Shown here in pieces: positions 30,759 through 40,238 of a DNA stretch of 64,000 bases. The DNA is from an uncultured Bdellovibrionales bacterium (GTDB lineage Bacteria; Bdellovibrionota_C; UBA2361; SZUA-149; CAZDWZ01), in the NCBI GenBank assembly GCA_964509425.1, contig CAZDWZ010000011.1, positions 35,429-99,428 of the forward strand. The letters are read 5' to 3'. Under the pieces are notes generated by a model. That model searched no databases and had not been told where the DNA came from. It worked only from the letters and a program-made list of their open reading frames with translations. Positions within the stretch are counted from its first letter, which is position 1, and every line of letters starts with the position of its first letter. The translations under genes and the position numbers were made by a program.

Positions 30759-31373
30759 ATGACCAGAATCGCAAGTACTAACAGAGACCGCTTCGAATCT
30801 GGCGTCGCACTTCTGGAGCTCGCGATTATCCTCCCGCTACTAGTCTTCATCGTTTTTAACGCGCTCGAGTTTGCTCGGCTCTCGCGCGTCATACAGGTGA
30901 GTGTCGTCCTCGCCCGTGAAGCGGTGAGCTGGTCTTATCGGAGCTGCGGGGACTTCGACGAGCCAGGCGGTTGGTCGCTGAGCGTTCAGCGGACGACTGA
31001 GTGCCTGCAAAAAGTAGTGAACACTGGAGATACATCGCCTGCAGCGCCCTCAATTCTCTCCCTCGCCCGGCAGCTAGAACCTGCGGGCGACTTCAGCATT
31101 ATCGTGAGCGTGTACCGATCCGGAGAGAGCGGAGGCCCGCTTCGGCTTGTCTCGATTGCCGGTGAAGAAGCGGACCGAGGAAGAGTGACGCGGTTTCAAG
31201 CGGTGGGGAATGAGCTCCAAGGCCCAGTGACGCTAGACGCCGCGGCGGTGCGGCGCCGCGGAAGAATCGCTGTCGCCGAAATCTATTATCCATTTTTTCC
31301 GATCTTTCGCGGTGTTCCCACCCTGGGAAGTGTTCTCGGGAGATTCGACTACTACGATGCTGCTCTACTCTAA
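30759..31373 (+). CDS. TadE-like pseudopilin (second copy)
   Basis: ESGVALLELAIILPLLVFIVFNALEFARL TadE-like N-terminus. Confidence 0.65.
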   Translation: MTRIASTNRDRFESGVALLELAIILPLLVFIVFNALEFARLSRVIQVSVVLAREAVSWSYRSCGDFDEPGGWSLSVQRTTECLQKVVNTGDTSPAAPSILSLARQLEPAGDFSIIVSVYRSGESGGPLRLVSIAGEEADRGRVTRFQAVGNELQGPVTLDAAAVRRRGRIAVAEIYYPFFPIFRGVPTLGSVLGRFDYYDAALL

Positions 31374-33147
31374 GACACCGGCGCGGTCCGCGCACGAAGA
31401 GCGGGGAGTTTTCGTGCTCACCCTCTCGATGTGGCTCATGGGGTTGATTCTCGTCGTCTGCCTGGTTGTTGATGCATCCACGCTGTACCGGCATCGTCAG
31501 CTCGTTCAACGATCCGTCGATCTGGGCGTTATCTCCGGCCTCGGGTTTCGTGCGGCGAAGGGTTGGGGCTATTTCCACGGTGATGATTTACGCGACGTCG
31601 GAAAACCTGGCGAGAAGGACAGCGAAGTGGAGGAGCATATGCGGGATACTGTGCTCGCGAATCTCTCAGTGCGCGGCATCTCGATCCCGAGAGAATCCGT
31701 GAGCGCGAGCTTCTCCAGCTATACTGATCGTGTCGAAGTATCGCTTCGCTATGATGCCCCGCTCTTACTCGTGAGCTATGTTCCCGGGATCGGCGGCTGC
31801 TCAACGGGGAGTCACACCTGTCCCGTTTTCGGCTCCGCGACGGCCGAGCTCCAACCCGCGAATATCGGTCTTGCCATAGATACCTCCGGCTCGATGAACT
31901 GTCCCGCAACGGAGGCGGGAAGTGCCGGCTGCGAATGTTTGACGAAGGACGGTTGCGCGAGCATCCCCGTAAGCGATCGAAAGCTCGCGTATCTAAAAGA
32001 AGCCGTGAAGGCGTTCATCGCGTTCTTTAACCCAAACCGGGACCGCGTCGTTCTCGGTCCGTTCAACACGGTTGGAAAAGTCGCCTTTTCGGTCAAAGAC
32101 GGCAGCAGGAAAGCTCTCCCCTTCGGGTTCGCAGGAGTTCACGAGCGAGCGACGGATAAAGCGCGGATTAATGCGTTCTATGATGAGATCGATCATCTCG
32201 ATGCCGCGGGGAACACGAATATATGTGACGGGATCTCGCGAGCGTTCTCCGATCTAAAGACCACAGAGCCCAACATTACTGAAGAGTCTCCGACGTTCCT
32301 GGTTCTCTTCTCGGATGGCGCACCTTCGGCAGGACGGTTTCACTTCACGTCTTACTCGAATAGTCTTCAAACGCAGCGCGCGAGTAATCCGGCTATGGCC
32401 GGTGACTGGTGGATCGGTACCACTGAGTGGGTAAACGCCGAGGCGGGTGGAAGCGTGCGGCGTTGGCTCGGTCCTTCGCCGCTCGTTCAGATAGAAGACA
32501 TCCCCTACGGCTATGCCGCAGGGACTCCCCCGGCAGGGGCTGATACCTGCGGCGATCTCGTTTCCGCGGACGACGATTTCCCGAGGAGTTTTAATCCCTG
32601 TCTCCGATCGTTTCGCTTCGATGGTGCTGCGCAAATTGGTGAAGCTCGAGAAGTGAGCGGAAGCGAAGGCGAGCGAGATTTCGACCATGTGAATGATTTC
32701 ACGAACGAAATGTACTACGCGCAACAATTCTATTACTGCGCGATCGAGGCAGCGGATGCCATTCGAGAGCAAGCGGGTGGCTTGGTCTATACGATAGGTC
32801 TTGGTGCCGAAGCATTTAAAGGATCCGTCGACCCGCTGCAAAACCCCACCGATCCGCTTCGCCGGAAAGAATATCTGCTCCGACGCATCGCGCTGGATCG
32901 CCATAATGGGAAAAACGATCCTCCCTTTGGTCCTCGGCGGCAAATCACGTTGAACGACCCGAACGACTCCGCGAAAGGACGAAATACGACGGTCGGGTAT
33001 GACGAGTACAGAAACTACGAGGTCTTCGCCCGTGATCCGGTCCTCCGCAATCTCGAAGGTTCTTATGAAGGCACGAATGATCCGAAGCGGCTGAAAGCCC
33101 TGTTCATTCGAACCGCAAAGGACATTCTGATTCGACTCACGGACTGA
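31357..33147 (+). CDS. TadG-like protein with von Willebrand factor A domain
   Basis: ERGVFVLTLSMWLMGLILVVCLVVDASTLY TadG-like N-terminus. vWA MIDAS-like GLAIDTSGSMNC and LVLFSDGAPS. Start at the internal ATG, giving a 17-nt overlap with the upstream gene. Confidence 0.65.
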   Translation: MLLYSKTPARSAHEERGVFVLTLSMWLMGLILVVCLVVDASTLYRHRQLVQRSVDLGVISGLGFRAAKGWGYFHGDDLRDVGKPGEKDSEVEEHMRDTVLANLSVRGISIPRESVSASFSSYTDRVEVSLRYDAPLLLVSYVPGIGGCSTGSHTCPVFGSATAELQPANIGLAIDTSGSMNCPATEAGSAGCECLTKDGCASIPVSDRKLAYLKEAVKAFIAFFNPNRDRVVLGPFNTVGKVAFSVKDGSRKALPFGFAGVHERATDKARINAFYDEIDHLDAAGNTNICDGISRAFSDLKTTEPNITEESPTFLVLFSDGAPSAGRFHFTSYSNSLQTQRASNPAMAGDWWIGTTEWVNAEAGGSVRRWLGPSPLVQIEDIPYGYAAGTPPAGADTCGDLVSADDDFPRSFNPCLRSFRFDGAAQIGEAREVSGSEGERDFDHVNDFTNEMYYAQQFYYCAIEAADAIREQAGGLVYTIGLGAEAFKGSVDPLQNPTDPLRRKEYLLRRIALDRHNGKNDPPFGPRRQITLNDPNDSAKGRNTTVGYDEYRNYEVFARDPVLRNLEGSYEGTNDPKRLKALFIRTAKDILIRLTD

Positions 33148-33295
33148 CGAGTTCCTGTCGGGTTCAAGCCTTCAGATTATCTAGAAAATATCACGTGGCC
33201 ATTTAGCGTATTCCCCAGCTGCACAAATGCGGCTAGTTTCGGCTTCACAACGAATCGGGTTACCCAGCTTTCTACAAAGATTCCAAAGGGGAGGA

Positions 33296-34141
33296 ATGAA
33301 AGGAACATTCGCAATAGGTCTTGTCGCAGCAGTTTGCGGCCTTGCCGCTCTCCACTTCTACCGTCCGGAGTTGAATCCGCCGGACAATCTTCAGCCCGAT
33401 CTGGTAAAGGCTATTTACGCCCCGGCCAGTCCGCTCAAAGTGTTCCTCGTAGATAAAATTCAAACTCCAGGTGGTACCAACTACCTCGTTCGCGGAAATC
33501 TGCCTCTCAAGTCTGACGGCAGCTACGCCTACTCAGAGCTCGCTGATACTCTGAAGAGTAAGCTCGGCATCACGTTGAGCGAACACAAGCTCGTGAACTT
33601 TTCGATCATCGACAATGTCGACGATAAAAGCCGTGAAGCCCTGAAGAATGAGTTTGTTGCGTTCGGGTTGTCGAAAGATCGATTTGAGAGCAAATATTCG
33701 CGGCAAAATTGGCCGCCCTTCGAGAAAGGCCTGGACCTCGCCACGCCGGTCGGCACTTCTGTCAACGGACATCGCGGCAGCATGATTTGGTTTCCGGTGC
33801 AGGGTTGTTCTGAAGAAGCAGATTGCCGAGCCATACAGGAGTCTCAATTTGGATTCCCTCAAGCGGTGGATGCGCTTGCCCAAAACATGAAGAGCAACGA
33901 ACCCACAATTATCTACGCCCATTGTTCACAAGGCGTCGATCGCATCGCGGCTCTGATGGCGGGGTATCTCTTGAAGCACAAAGGTGCCAGCGTCGATGAT
34001 GTATTGAACCCAGAATCTTCGAACGGAGTACAGATCCCGGTTCGGGGATTGGCGGACGCGCAAGCGGGGAAGAATTCAAAGTCCCGTTGGGCGCCGGATT
34101 ACGAGCGACTCGTCCGCTGGTATGCCGCGACCCTCGGGTGA
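33296..34141 (+). CDS. secreted protein-tyrosine/dual-specificity phosphatase-like protein (CX5R)
   Basis: GGGGAGG SD before ATG. Signal-peptide-like MKGTFAIGLVAAVCGLAALHF. P-loop IIYAHCSQGVDRIAAL fits the HCX5R signature of Cys-based phosphatases. Confidence 0.5.
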   Translation: MKGTFAIGLVAAVCGLAALHFYRPELNPPDNLQPDLVKAIYAPASPLKVFLVDKIQTPGGTNYLVRGNLPLKSDGSYAYSELADTLKSKLGITLSEHKLVNFSIIDNVDDKSREALKNEFVAFGLSKDRFESKYSRQNWPPFEKGLDLATPVGTSVNGHRGSMIWFPVQGCSEEADCRAIQESQFGFPQAVDALAQNMKSNEPTIIYAHCSQGVDRIAALMAGYLLKHKGASVDDVLNPESSNGVQIPVRGLADAQAGKNSKSRWAPDYERLVRWYAATLG

Positions 34142-34358
34142 GGCAGCCCGGGGGAGCCATGATTGATGCAGAATTGGTTTCGTGTGTAACGGTCTCATGC
34201 ACGGAATCGGGGATCTCTGAGCTGTAACTGCCCGAAAGATCCGTGTTTCCTCCTTTCATGTAAACGCGAAGGTTACACGAACTTTACAATCGCTAGCGTT
34301 CCGATAACTCGCATTTTCGAGCCTCATAACTCCAGGAGGCCAAGCAGGTTTTTTTATC

Positions 34359-35096
34359 GTGTTCTCCTGTGCTGGTCCGTTCCTAGCGCATGGAGCTCTT
34401 TCGATGTACGACAAGATTTTTCTTCCCATTTGTCTCGCCTGGCTCGGTGGCACCGCAATTTTTCACTTTATCAACCGCCACAGACTCGCCTCGTCGGTCG
34501 AAGGCGATGAACAGACGCTTTGTGATTGGGAGTTTGAGGAAGCCCGCTGGGAAAGCTTCGTGACTGCTGCTGCGCGGCGGAACGATGCTCGATGGCTCTT
34601 GGGTGCACTTCTTTCCGTCGTTCTCGCCATTCCGGTGGGGATAATTTTCTGCTTTCAAGGCGAATACCGGGTGGGAGCCTATACCATCGCCGCCGGCTTT
34701 TTGTTCACGCTCTCTAGTGCACTCGTGGGCCATTTCGTCGTTCTCCGTTGGCGCCGCGAACTGCTCGACGGACCCCGGCGGCTCATCATCTCGCTTGCCG
34801 GTGCTCGGTTGGGGAGTCTCTATTATTGCTGGTCGACTCCAGGAGCGGGAATCAAGGCAATAAATTTCAACCGTCCGGCGCCTGCCGCGCGATTGGAGAG
34901 TGTTGAGGTTGTCTACGGGTTCTCGAGCTCCTCCACCGTGAGAGTTGCGTTTCCCATTCCAGAGAGCCGGAGCCAGAAGGCTGAGGAAATTTTTCGCGAG
35001 ATCGCCGTCAGTCAGAATCTCTATGAGCTGGAAGACGGCTGGACTCGCTACCGCCCGTTCTCGACCGTTGTCGATGCCTTTCAGAAGAAAGCCTAA
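34359..35096 (+). CDS. hypothetical membrane protein
   Basis: Four TM helices. Confidence 0.45.
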   Translation: MFSCAGPFLAHGALSMYDKIFLPICLAWLGGTAIFHFINRHRLASSVEGDEQTLCDWEFEEARWESFVTAAARRNDARWLLGALLSVVLAIPVGIIFCFQGEYRVGAYTIAAGFLFTLSSALVGHFVVLRWRRELLDGPRRLIISLAGARLGSLYYCWSTPGAGIKAINFNRPAPAARLESVEVVYGFSSSSTVRVAFPIPESRSQKAEEIFREIAVSQNLYELEDGWTRYRPFSTVVDAFQKKA

Positions 35097-35491
35097 CTCG
35101 CACAGGCGCCGACCATCCTAAGATATGCTTTGGATGACGGATCCTCCAAAACGGCGAGTCCTCTTTCGAAGCAAAGTGCATACCCGATCGTTCCATCTCC
35201 GGTATTAAACTGCGCGGGAAGATCATCCATCGCGTCTTTCAAGGCTTCTTTCACCCGGGGGGAAGACAGCTTCATTTTCATGATGCAGCTTACCGCCTGC
35301 ATCCGGCAGCGGTACTCGGGCCGGCGAATGGATTGCCGCCGCCACCAAGACCAGTGAGTTCCGCATTGGGAATCGAAAACGCAGGTCTCGCCGCGGAGCT
35401 GCTGCAGGAGGGTGGTCTCGTTTGCGAGAGCGGGTTCATTGAGTGTGGCATTGATCAGAAGGGCGAGGAACATCAAAGCGGAAGATTTCAT
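35093..35491 (-). CDS. small secreted Cys-containing hypothetical protein
   Basis: Internal Met followed by SSALMFLALLINATLNEPALA signal peptide. Start uncertain. Confidence 0.35.
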   Translation of the reverse strand: MKSSALMFLALLINATLNEPALANETTLLQQLRGETCVFDSQCGTHWSWWRRQSIRRPEYRCRMQAVSCIMKMKLSSPRVKEALKDAMDDLPAQFNTGDGTIGYALCFERGLAVLEDPSSKAYLRMVGACAS

Positions 35492-35553
35492 GGGATTTAC
35501 ACTAGCCTCCAAATTCGAATTCCAAAAGACGTTCACATTGCCGGTTTGTGTTG

Positions 35554-36411
35554 TTACAAATTGTTTGAGGCAGATTGCTTTGCCAACCAGATTTTCCAAC
35601 CTTGGATTACCGCGAAACGTTTGCGAGCTGAACCTCCGTTTCCGATGTTCCCAAACGACACTTTCGTGATTTTTTCGAGAATTATCGCAAGAGCATCGAC
35701 CACCAATTTGGGGCTCATCACGATCTGATACTTCGCGTCTTGGCTGATATTCAGGCGCTTAACGGGGAGCTCTGTGAAGTTTTCCAATCGAAGAACGATA
35801 GCTGGCGCGATATCCGGTCCGGCCGCGATCAACCTGCTGTAAGCTGAAGTCGCTCGGTCTCGTCGTTGAAAATCGGCGATTGCTTCGTCGACCTCAGCAG
35901 AAAAATTGGGCTTCATCTGCTTTGGATTGAACGACGCTAGGATCTTCTCCTGCGAACGCAGCTCTTCAATTAGGTTGCTCTCAGTTTGAGGGTTAAAAGG
36001 ACGGGCCGCGCATTCGGGCGGAGCACCAGTGAAATAATACCCTTCATGTCCGGGCCAGTCGTTGATCTCGAGAAAGACGATTGCTTCTGTGTTGTGCAAG
36101 GAACGTATACGACTCGGCGTAGGAGCATCGCTTCTGCCCTTTGCTTGATACATAATTTCTATGTGTTGCGGAATCTTGTCGCCTTTCAGCACGGTAAGAA
36201 CGTCGAACTCGATTGGCAAAAACTTGTGGGATCTCGTCTTCGCATCATTCTGGAATTTCTCCAGCGGAAGTTTGAGACGACCTTTCAGAATGACTTGAGA
36301 TTGAGCGACGATTTGCCAAGAGCATTCATCCGCCCAAACCGACTTGCAGAGCGAATGCGCCGAGCCGATCACGAGGAGAAACGCGAAGAAAGATTTGGCG
36401 AAAGTAATCAT
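35554..36411 (-). CDS. secreted hypothetical protein
   Basis: MITFAKSFFAFLLVIGSAHS signal peptide. Confidence 0.5.
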   Translation of the reverse strand: MITFAKSFFAFLLVIGSAHSLCKSVWADECSWQIVAQSQVILKGRLKLPLEKFQNDAKTRSHKFLPIEFDVLTVLKGDKIPQHIEIMYQAKGRSDAPTPSRIRSLHNTEAIVFLEINDWPGHEGYYFTGAPPECAARPFNPQTESNLIEELRSQEKILASFNPKQMKPNFSAEVDEAIADFQRRDRATSAYSRLIAAGPDIAPAIVLRLENFTELPVKRLNISQDAKYQIVMSPKLVVDALAIILEKITKVSFGNIGNGGSARKRFAVIQGWKIWLAKQSASNNL

Positions 36412-36489
36412 TGCTCGTCTTCCTACTGTGGGATTAGAACTTCAAAATGCGAATCAGAATTCGGGCCTGAATCAATCGCGAAAGCGGAC

Positions 36490-37149
36490 ATGAAAAACTC
36501 CATATCAACGCCACCAGCTAGAAAGCTACGCAGTTTTGTGGCGATGATACCGATTGTCACGATATGGACGACGATGTTTCTCGCCAACAGCCCTGTCCCC
36601 GTTGTCCTGCTTGGAGTTGCCTCATTTATTCCCTACATCCTTTGCATAAGAATCATTGAACCAAGGATGGAGCCTCGGCAGCACATTGAATTGCCTGAAA
36701 GACTAACTCTGCGAACGGCATTTCAAGGATACTACAGAAGTTTTGTCTACGGCCGTGTGCCTTTTGAATTGTTTGTGAGTGAGCCGTTTGAGCTTTTGGA
36801 GGGCGAACGAGAATACGGTAAGTGGCGGTCTATTGGGTTTTTCGTCCCATTCCATCCGGGGGTAACGTACTCAGATTCTGACGATCCAACCACCGCGCTC
36901 CTTCGGTGTGCCGATTTATCGTGGCGTTCGGGCTTATTGTTTTACAACAATGCTGAATTGTACGACAAAAACATGAAGCCGATATCGCACGAAGTCTTAA
37001 AGTCATCGATAGCCAGCGCATTGAATATTGACTTTTCGGCTTTCAAGGAGCTGACGGATCGGGTCTATGTAGTCAAACCCAACTCAATATTAACGACTCC
37101 AATCTCGGTCCGCGACCTGCTTACTGGAAACCTCCGTAAAAAGAATTAA
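36490..37149 (+). CDS. hypothetical membrane protein
   Basis: The 3-prime part of a 387-aa ORF. The 5-prime part is antisense to the 35554-36411 gene, so the start is set at the internal ATG. Two TM helices. Confidence 0.4.
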   Translation: MKNSISTPPARKLRSFVAMIPIVTIWTTMFLANSPVPVVLLGVASFIPYILCIRIIEPRMEPRQHIELPERLTLRTAFQGYYRSFVYGRVPFELFVSEPFELLEGEREYGKWRSIGFFVPFHPGVTYSDSDDPTTALLRCADLSWRSGLLFYNNAELYDKNMKPISHEVLKSSIASALNIDFSAFKELTDRVYVVKPNSILTTPISVRDLLTGNLRKKN

Positions 37150-37324
37150 ACGCTGCATCTATCGATACGCTCGTGCGTCACTAAGATCACTTGATTCGTG
37201 CCGAGCTTTGGGAATTCAACGGATAAATACGGCATCCTTCGGATGGATTTGACTGAACTCTCGGTCCTGAGCGGACCGGAGATCTTCTGTCGCGTGAATC
37301 CATCCTCGGATGCCGTATTGTGTA

Positions 37325-37807
37325 TTAGCGGCGTGGTCCTTGGGGATTCACTGGGATTGTGGTGATTGGACCAATCGGCACGGTCGTTTGTCCGGGGACA
37401 CGGCATTGGTAGTTCCCACCTCCGAGAAGCGTCGTCCGAACGCATCTCTGTGGAGACCGGCATCCAGTGCTCCGGCAATCACCACCCGCAGCGTAAGGCT
37501 GCGCGGCGGCAGCGGCGCCTACCAAGAATTCTTCACCACCCGGAGAAGCCGCATCGGCTTCCGTCTCAGGGGAAATTACGATTGGATTGGAAAGAGTGAG
37601 ATCAGGATTTACGTTCTGCGTGATGATGGGTCCGGTGGTGTTCGCCTCGGCGTAGACGGTCACTCCCGCCGGGTCTTGCGCGATGAATCCGCTCCCTACG
37701 GAATAAACGGGGAAATCTTGGGCTGTGGCTGTAGCGGCGCTCAGTAAAAGCGTGGCCAAGATCATTAATGGAGCGCGATTTAATCGATTCTTACAAGGGT
37801 TCTTCAT
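37325..37807 (-). CDS. secreted hypothetical protein
   Basis: Signal peptide LMILATLLLSAATATAQ. Gly/Ala/Pro-rich. Confidence 0.45.
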   Translation of the reverse strand: MKNPCKNRLNRAPLMILATLLLSAATATAQDFPVYSVGSGFIAQDPAGVTVYAEANTTGPIITQNVNPDLTLSNPIVISPETEADAASPGGEEFLVGAAAAAQPYAAGGDCRSTGCRSPQRCVRTTLLGGGNYQCRVPGQTTVPIGPITTIPVNPQGPRR

Positions 37808-38027
37808 TTATTTCTCCAGTCTGCGTGGTGTGTGGTTTCGGTTGCAAAACGTAGACAGGAGAGCGTTCGGAAGATTACGCAATTTGTAATCGTTTCTTGA
37901 TAATTGGGAGTATCTCGTAATCGAAGCAATCTTGAAAAGATCCGATTCAAACAGGCGCGAACGTTTGGGAATAAACGAGGCTCGGGGAGGGGGAAAGACC
38001 CGGCCTTCCTCCCTCGCCGAGATCGAC

Positions 38028-39113
38028 TTACGCTACTCCACTGTCGTCGTACGGTGTTGGGGTCGGCGTTGGTGTCGGTGTGATCCCAGTCGTAAACGCA
38101 AACCAGATATTGTTACATTCATTTCGCTGCTGCACGATGGCGTCTCTCAAGAACCACGAAAAAGTTGACGTCGCGGAACTACACGTGTTCTCGCACGACG
38201 CGAACTGAGCGCTTATCGCTGCGTAACTCTCCGCTGATGTTCCGCACTGCTCCGGGAGGCCCGCTGTCGGAATTGCATTCACACAGGACTCACATTCGGC
38301 GTCTGCCGGATTCGTCGGAGGAGTGTTGATCCAATTCCACCAATAGTCATTGCACTGCGTCTTAACAGCTTCCAAAGTGATGAATGAGAAAATTCTCGAC
38401 GCATCAGTTGCGGCGTTACACTGATTCTCGCAATCGGCGATCTGCGTGAGTGCCGCGCCGTAGTTCGCAGCGCCTCCGCAGTTAGACGGTATATCCATGC
38501 CCGAAATATTGATCGCGCACGCGCTGCACAATTCGTCCGCGGGATTCGGTGGAGGTGTGTTGATCCAATTCCACCAGTGGTCGTTACACTCTGATCGCTT
38601 CGCCTCGATAACAAAGATGGAGTAGACCGCCAAAGGTGCCGTCGAAGTGATACATTGACTCTCGCAGTTTGCGAGAAGCGTCCCGGCGGATGCATAGCCC
38701 GCTGAAGAAGTGCAGTTCGTTGCGGCGTCGAAATTTGAAACCTCGGTAGTACAGACATCGCAGGCTTCATTTGCCGGATTCGGCGGAGGAGTGTTGATCC
38801 AAGTCCACCAGTGATTGTCGCATTCTTGCCGCTTGCTTGCGAGCAGTATGACGTTGAGGAAGGCGTTTGGATCGGTAGCGTTACCGCACTGATCGCTACA
38901 TGCTGATATCCGCGCGCCGGTGGACGCATACGCATCGGCGGGAGCACAGTGCTGAGTCACGTCCAAGCTCCAGATTTCGCTGGTGCAGGTCTCGCATTCA
39001 GCATCAGCCGGATTCGGAGGCAGGTCGGAATCCGTCAAAGCGAGGACATCTCCCGCTCCGAAGAGAATCGCGAACAGTGTCAACATTTGGTACAGAACTT
39101 TTCGAGAATCCAT
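38028..39113 (-). CDS. secreted protein of four novel ~70-aa Cys-containing tandem repeats, C-terminal PTPTPTPTP tail
   Basis: Signal peptide MLTLFAILFGAGDVLA. Four units: DxPPNPAD(A/E)EC(E/D)xC...(Q/A)C.(N/S)AT......F......(C)N(D/N)(H/Y)WWNWINTPP. Confidence 0.6.
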   Translation of the reverse strand: MDSRKVLYQMLTLFAILFGAGDVLALTDSDLPPNPADAECETCTSEIWSLDVTQHCAPADAYASTGARISACSDQCGNATDPNAFLNVILLASKRQECDNHWWTWINTPPPNPANEACDVCTTEVSNFDAATNCTSSAGYASAGTLLANCESQCITSTAPLAVYSIFVIEAKRSECNDHWWNWINTPPPNPADELCSACAINISGMDIPSNCGGAANYGAALTQIADCENQCNAATDASRIFSFITLEAVKTQCNDYWWNWINTPPTNPADAECESCVNAIPTAGLPEQCGTSAESYAAISAQFASCENTCSSATSTFSWFLRDAIVQQRNECNNIWFAFTTGITPTPTPTPTPYDDSGVA

Positions 39114-39807
39114 CGGACAACTCCTTCCCTCTAGGTGTTACAATTCGTTCTCTTTCGAAAACTCGACGCTCGGCTCGAAAGGATTGCTCGTCCCTCTCTT
39201 GGTTCCATCAACCGATTCGCCAGTTCACAGAGTTGGAGCCTCTTTTGATTCTCGTTCAGCAAAGCGCGAGAGGACGCGTCAAAGACGCGTAGATCCATCG
39301 TCACGACGAATGCGCGTGATCGGAGAGATTCCAACTATGAAAAAGAGAACAGCCAAAGCGCAGTTAGTCATCTCGCGGAGAGTTCGCCCGGATGCTTTTG
39401 TTCGCTTGCGCCGTTCAGACCCAGCGATCCGGAAACAGGCGCAGGAACCGACGCGCGGTCAAACCGCCGCCGCGCAAACTTGCAGAACGAAACGAAATGA
39501 TTTTTGCTTTTCGGCGTTATGAAGTTCTCGCTCAGGCAAGGCCGGAGACACCCATTTTTGTGACGAATTTGTAAGTTTCCCCCGAAGCGGCGTTCCGCCT
39601 GCTTGCGTAACGGCCTGCATTTCTTTGCTTTCCGCGTGGACTCTTTCATCGAAGATCAACTGCTCCACGGCAGGCGCACGCCTGCCCGAAGCGTCCGCAT
39701 AACATCCTCAGGCTGTCGATAAATCAACGTAAAAATTCCACTCGCTTTTTGAGCGCTCTCGTTCGTCTGTGCCAACGAGAGAGCTGAGACAAGGGAGGCG
39801 ATAGTTT

Positions 39808-39879
39808 TATTTTGTGGACACATTCGAGATTGTCTCCGCGTCTCCGCGCGCGCGATTTGGAATGTGCCCACAAAAATCA
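39808..39879. promoter_or_regulatory. 20-bp-arm inverted repeat (TTTGTGGaCACATTC ... GAATGTGCCCACAAA) with GC-rich spacer, upstream of the 39926 ORF
   Basis: Arms are reverse complements with 2-3 mismatches. Spacer tgtctccgcgtctccgcgcgcgcg. Candidate operator or attenuator. Confidence 0.4.
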
Positions 39880-39925
39880 GCCGGGGAAGCAGGTGGTCGG
39901 TCGTACCGCCCTTATCCCGTAGAAT

Positions 39926-40195
39926 ATGAGTGCGATTAACTTCGTGCTCGAAAGGTTAGTTCCGATGGTCGAACCAGGAAGAATCTTCACCTTGAGCTCC
40001 GCCGGTCCTTTGCCGGAATGGCTTTGGACAACTCGCGAGGCGACTTTTTACTTGCGAGAATGCGGCGTGCCTAACGGTGAACTCCTTCGTTTGGTGCAAA
40101 AGGTCCCGGTAGAGAAACGAATGGAAATTTGCCGAACGAGTTGTAGTCGACAAGTAGCAGCAATCAAAATCGCTGAGTTGGCTTTGGATTCTTAA
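39926..40195 (+). CDS. small hypothetical protein
   Basis: 89-aa ORF downstream of the palindromic site. Confidence 0.3.
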   Translation: MSAINFVLERLVPMVEPGRIFTLSSAGPLPEWLWTTREATFYLRECGVPNGELLRLVQKVPVEKRMEICRTSCSRQVAAIKIAELALDS

Positions 40196-40238
40196 CAACA
40201 ATTGGAGTTAGGGTTTCGCCCTCCCTTATCTCCGACTT

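Noticed and set aside
35986-36489. 5-prime half of the 387-aa plus-strand ORF
   Set aside because: This half is antisense to the secreted-protein gene 35554-36411, which has a clear signal peptide. I kept only the downstream membrane-protein part, starting at the internal ATG 36490.
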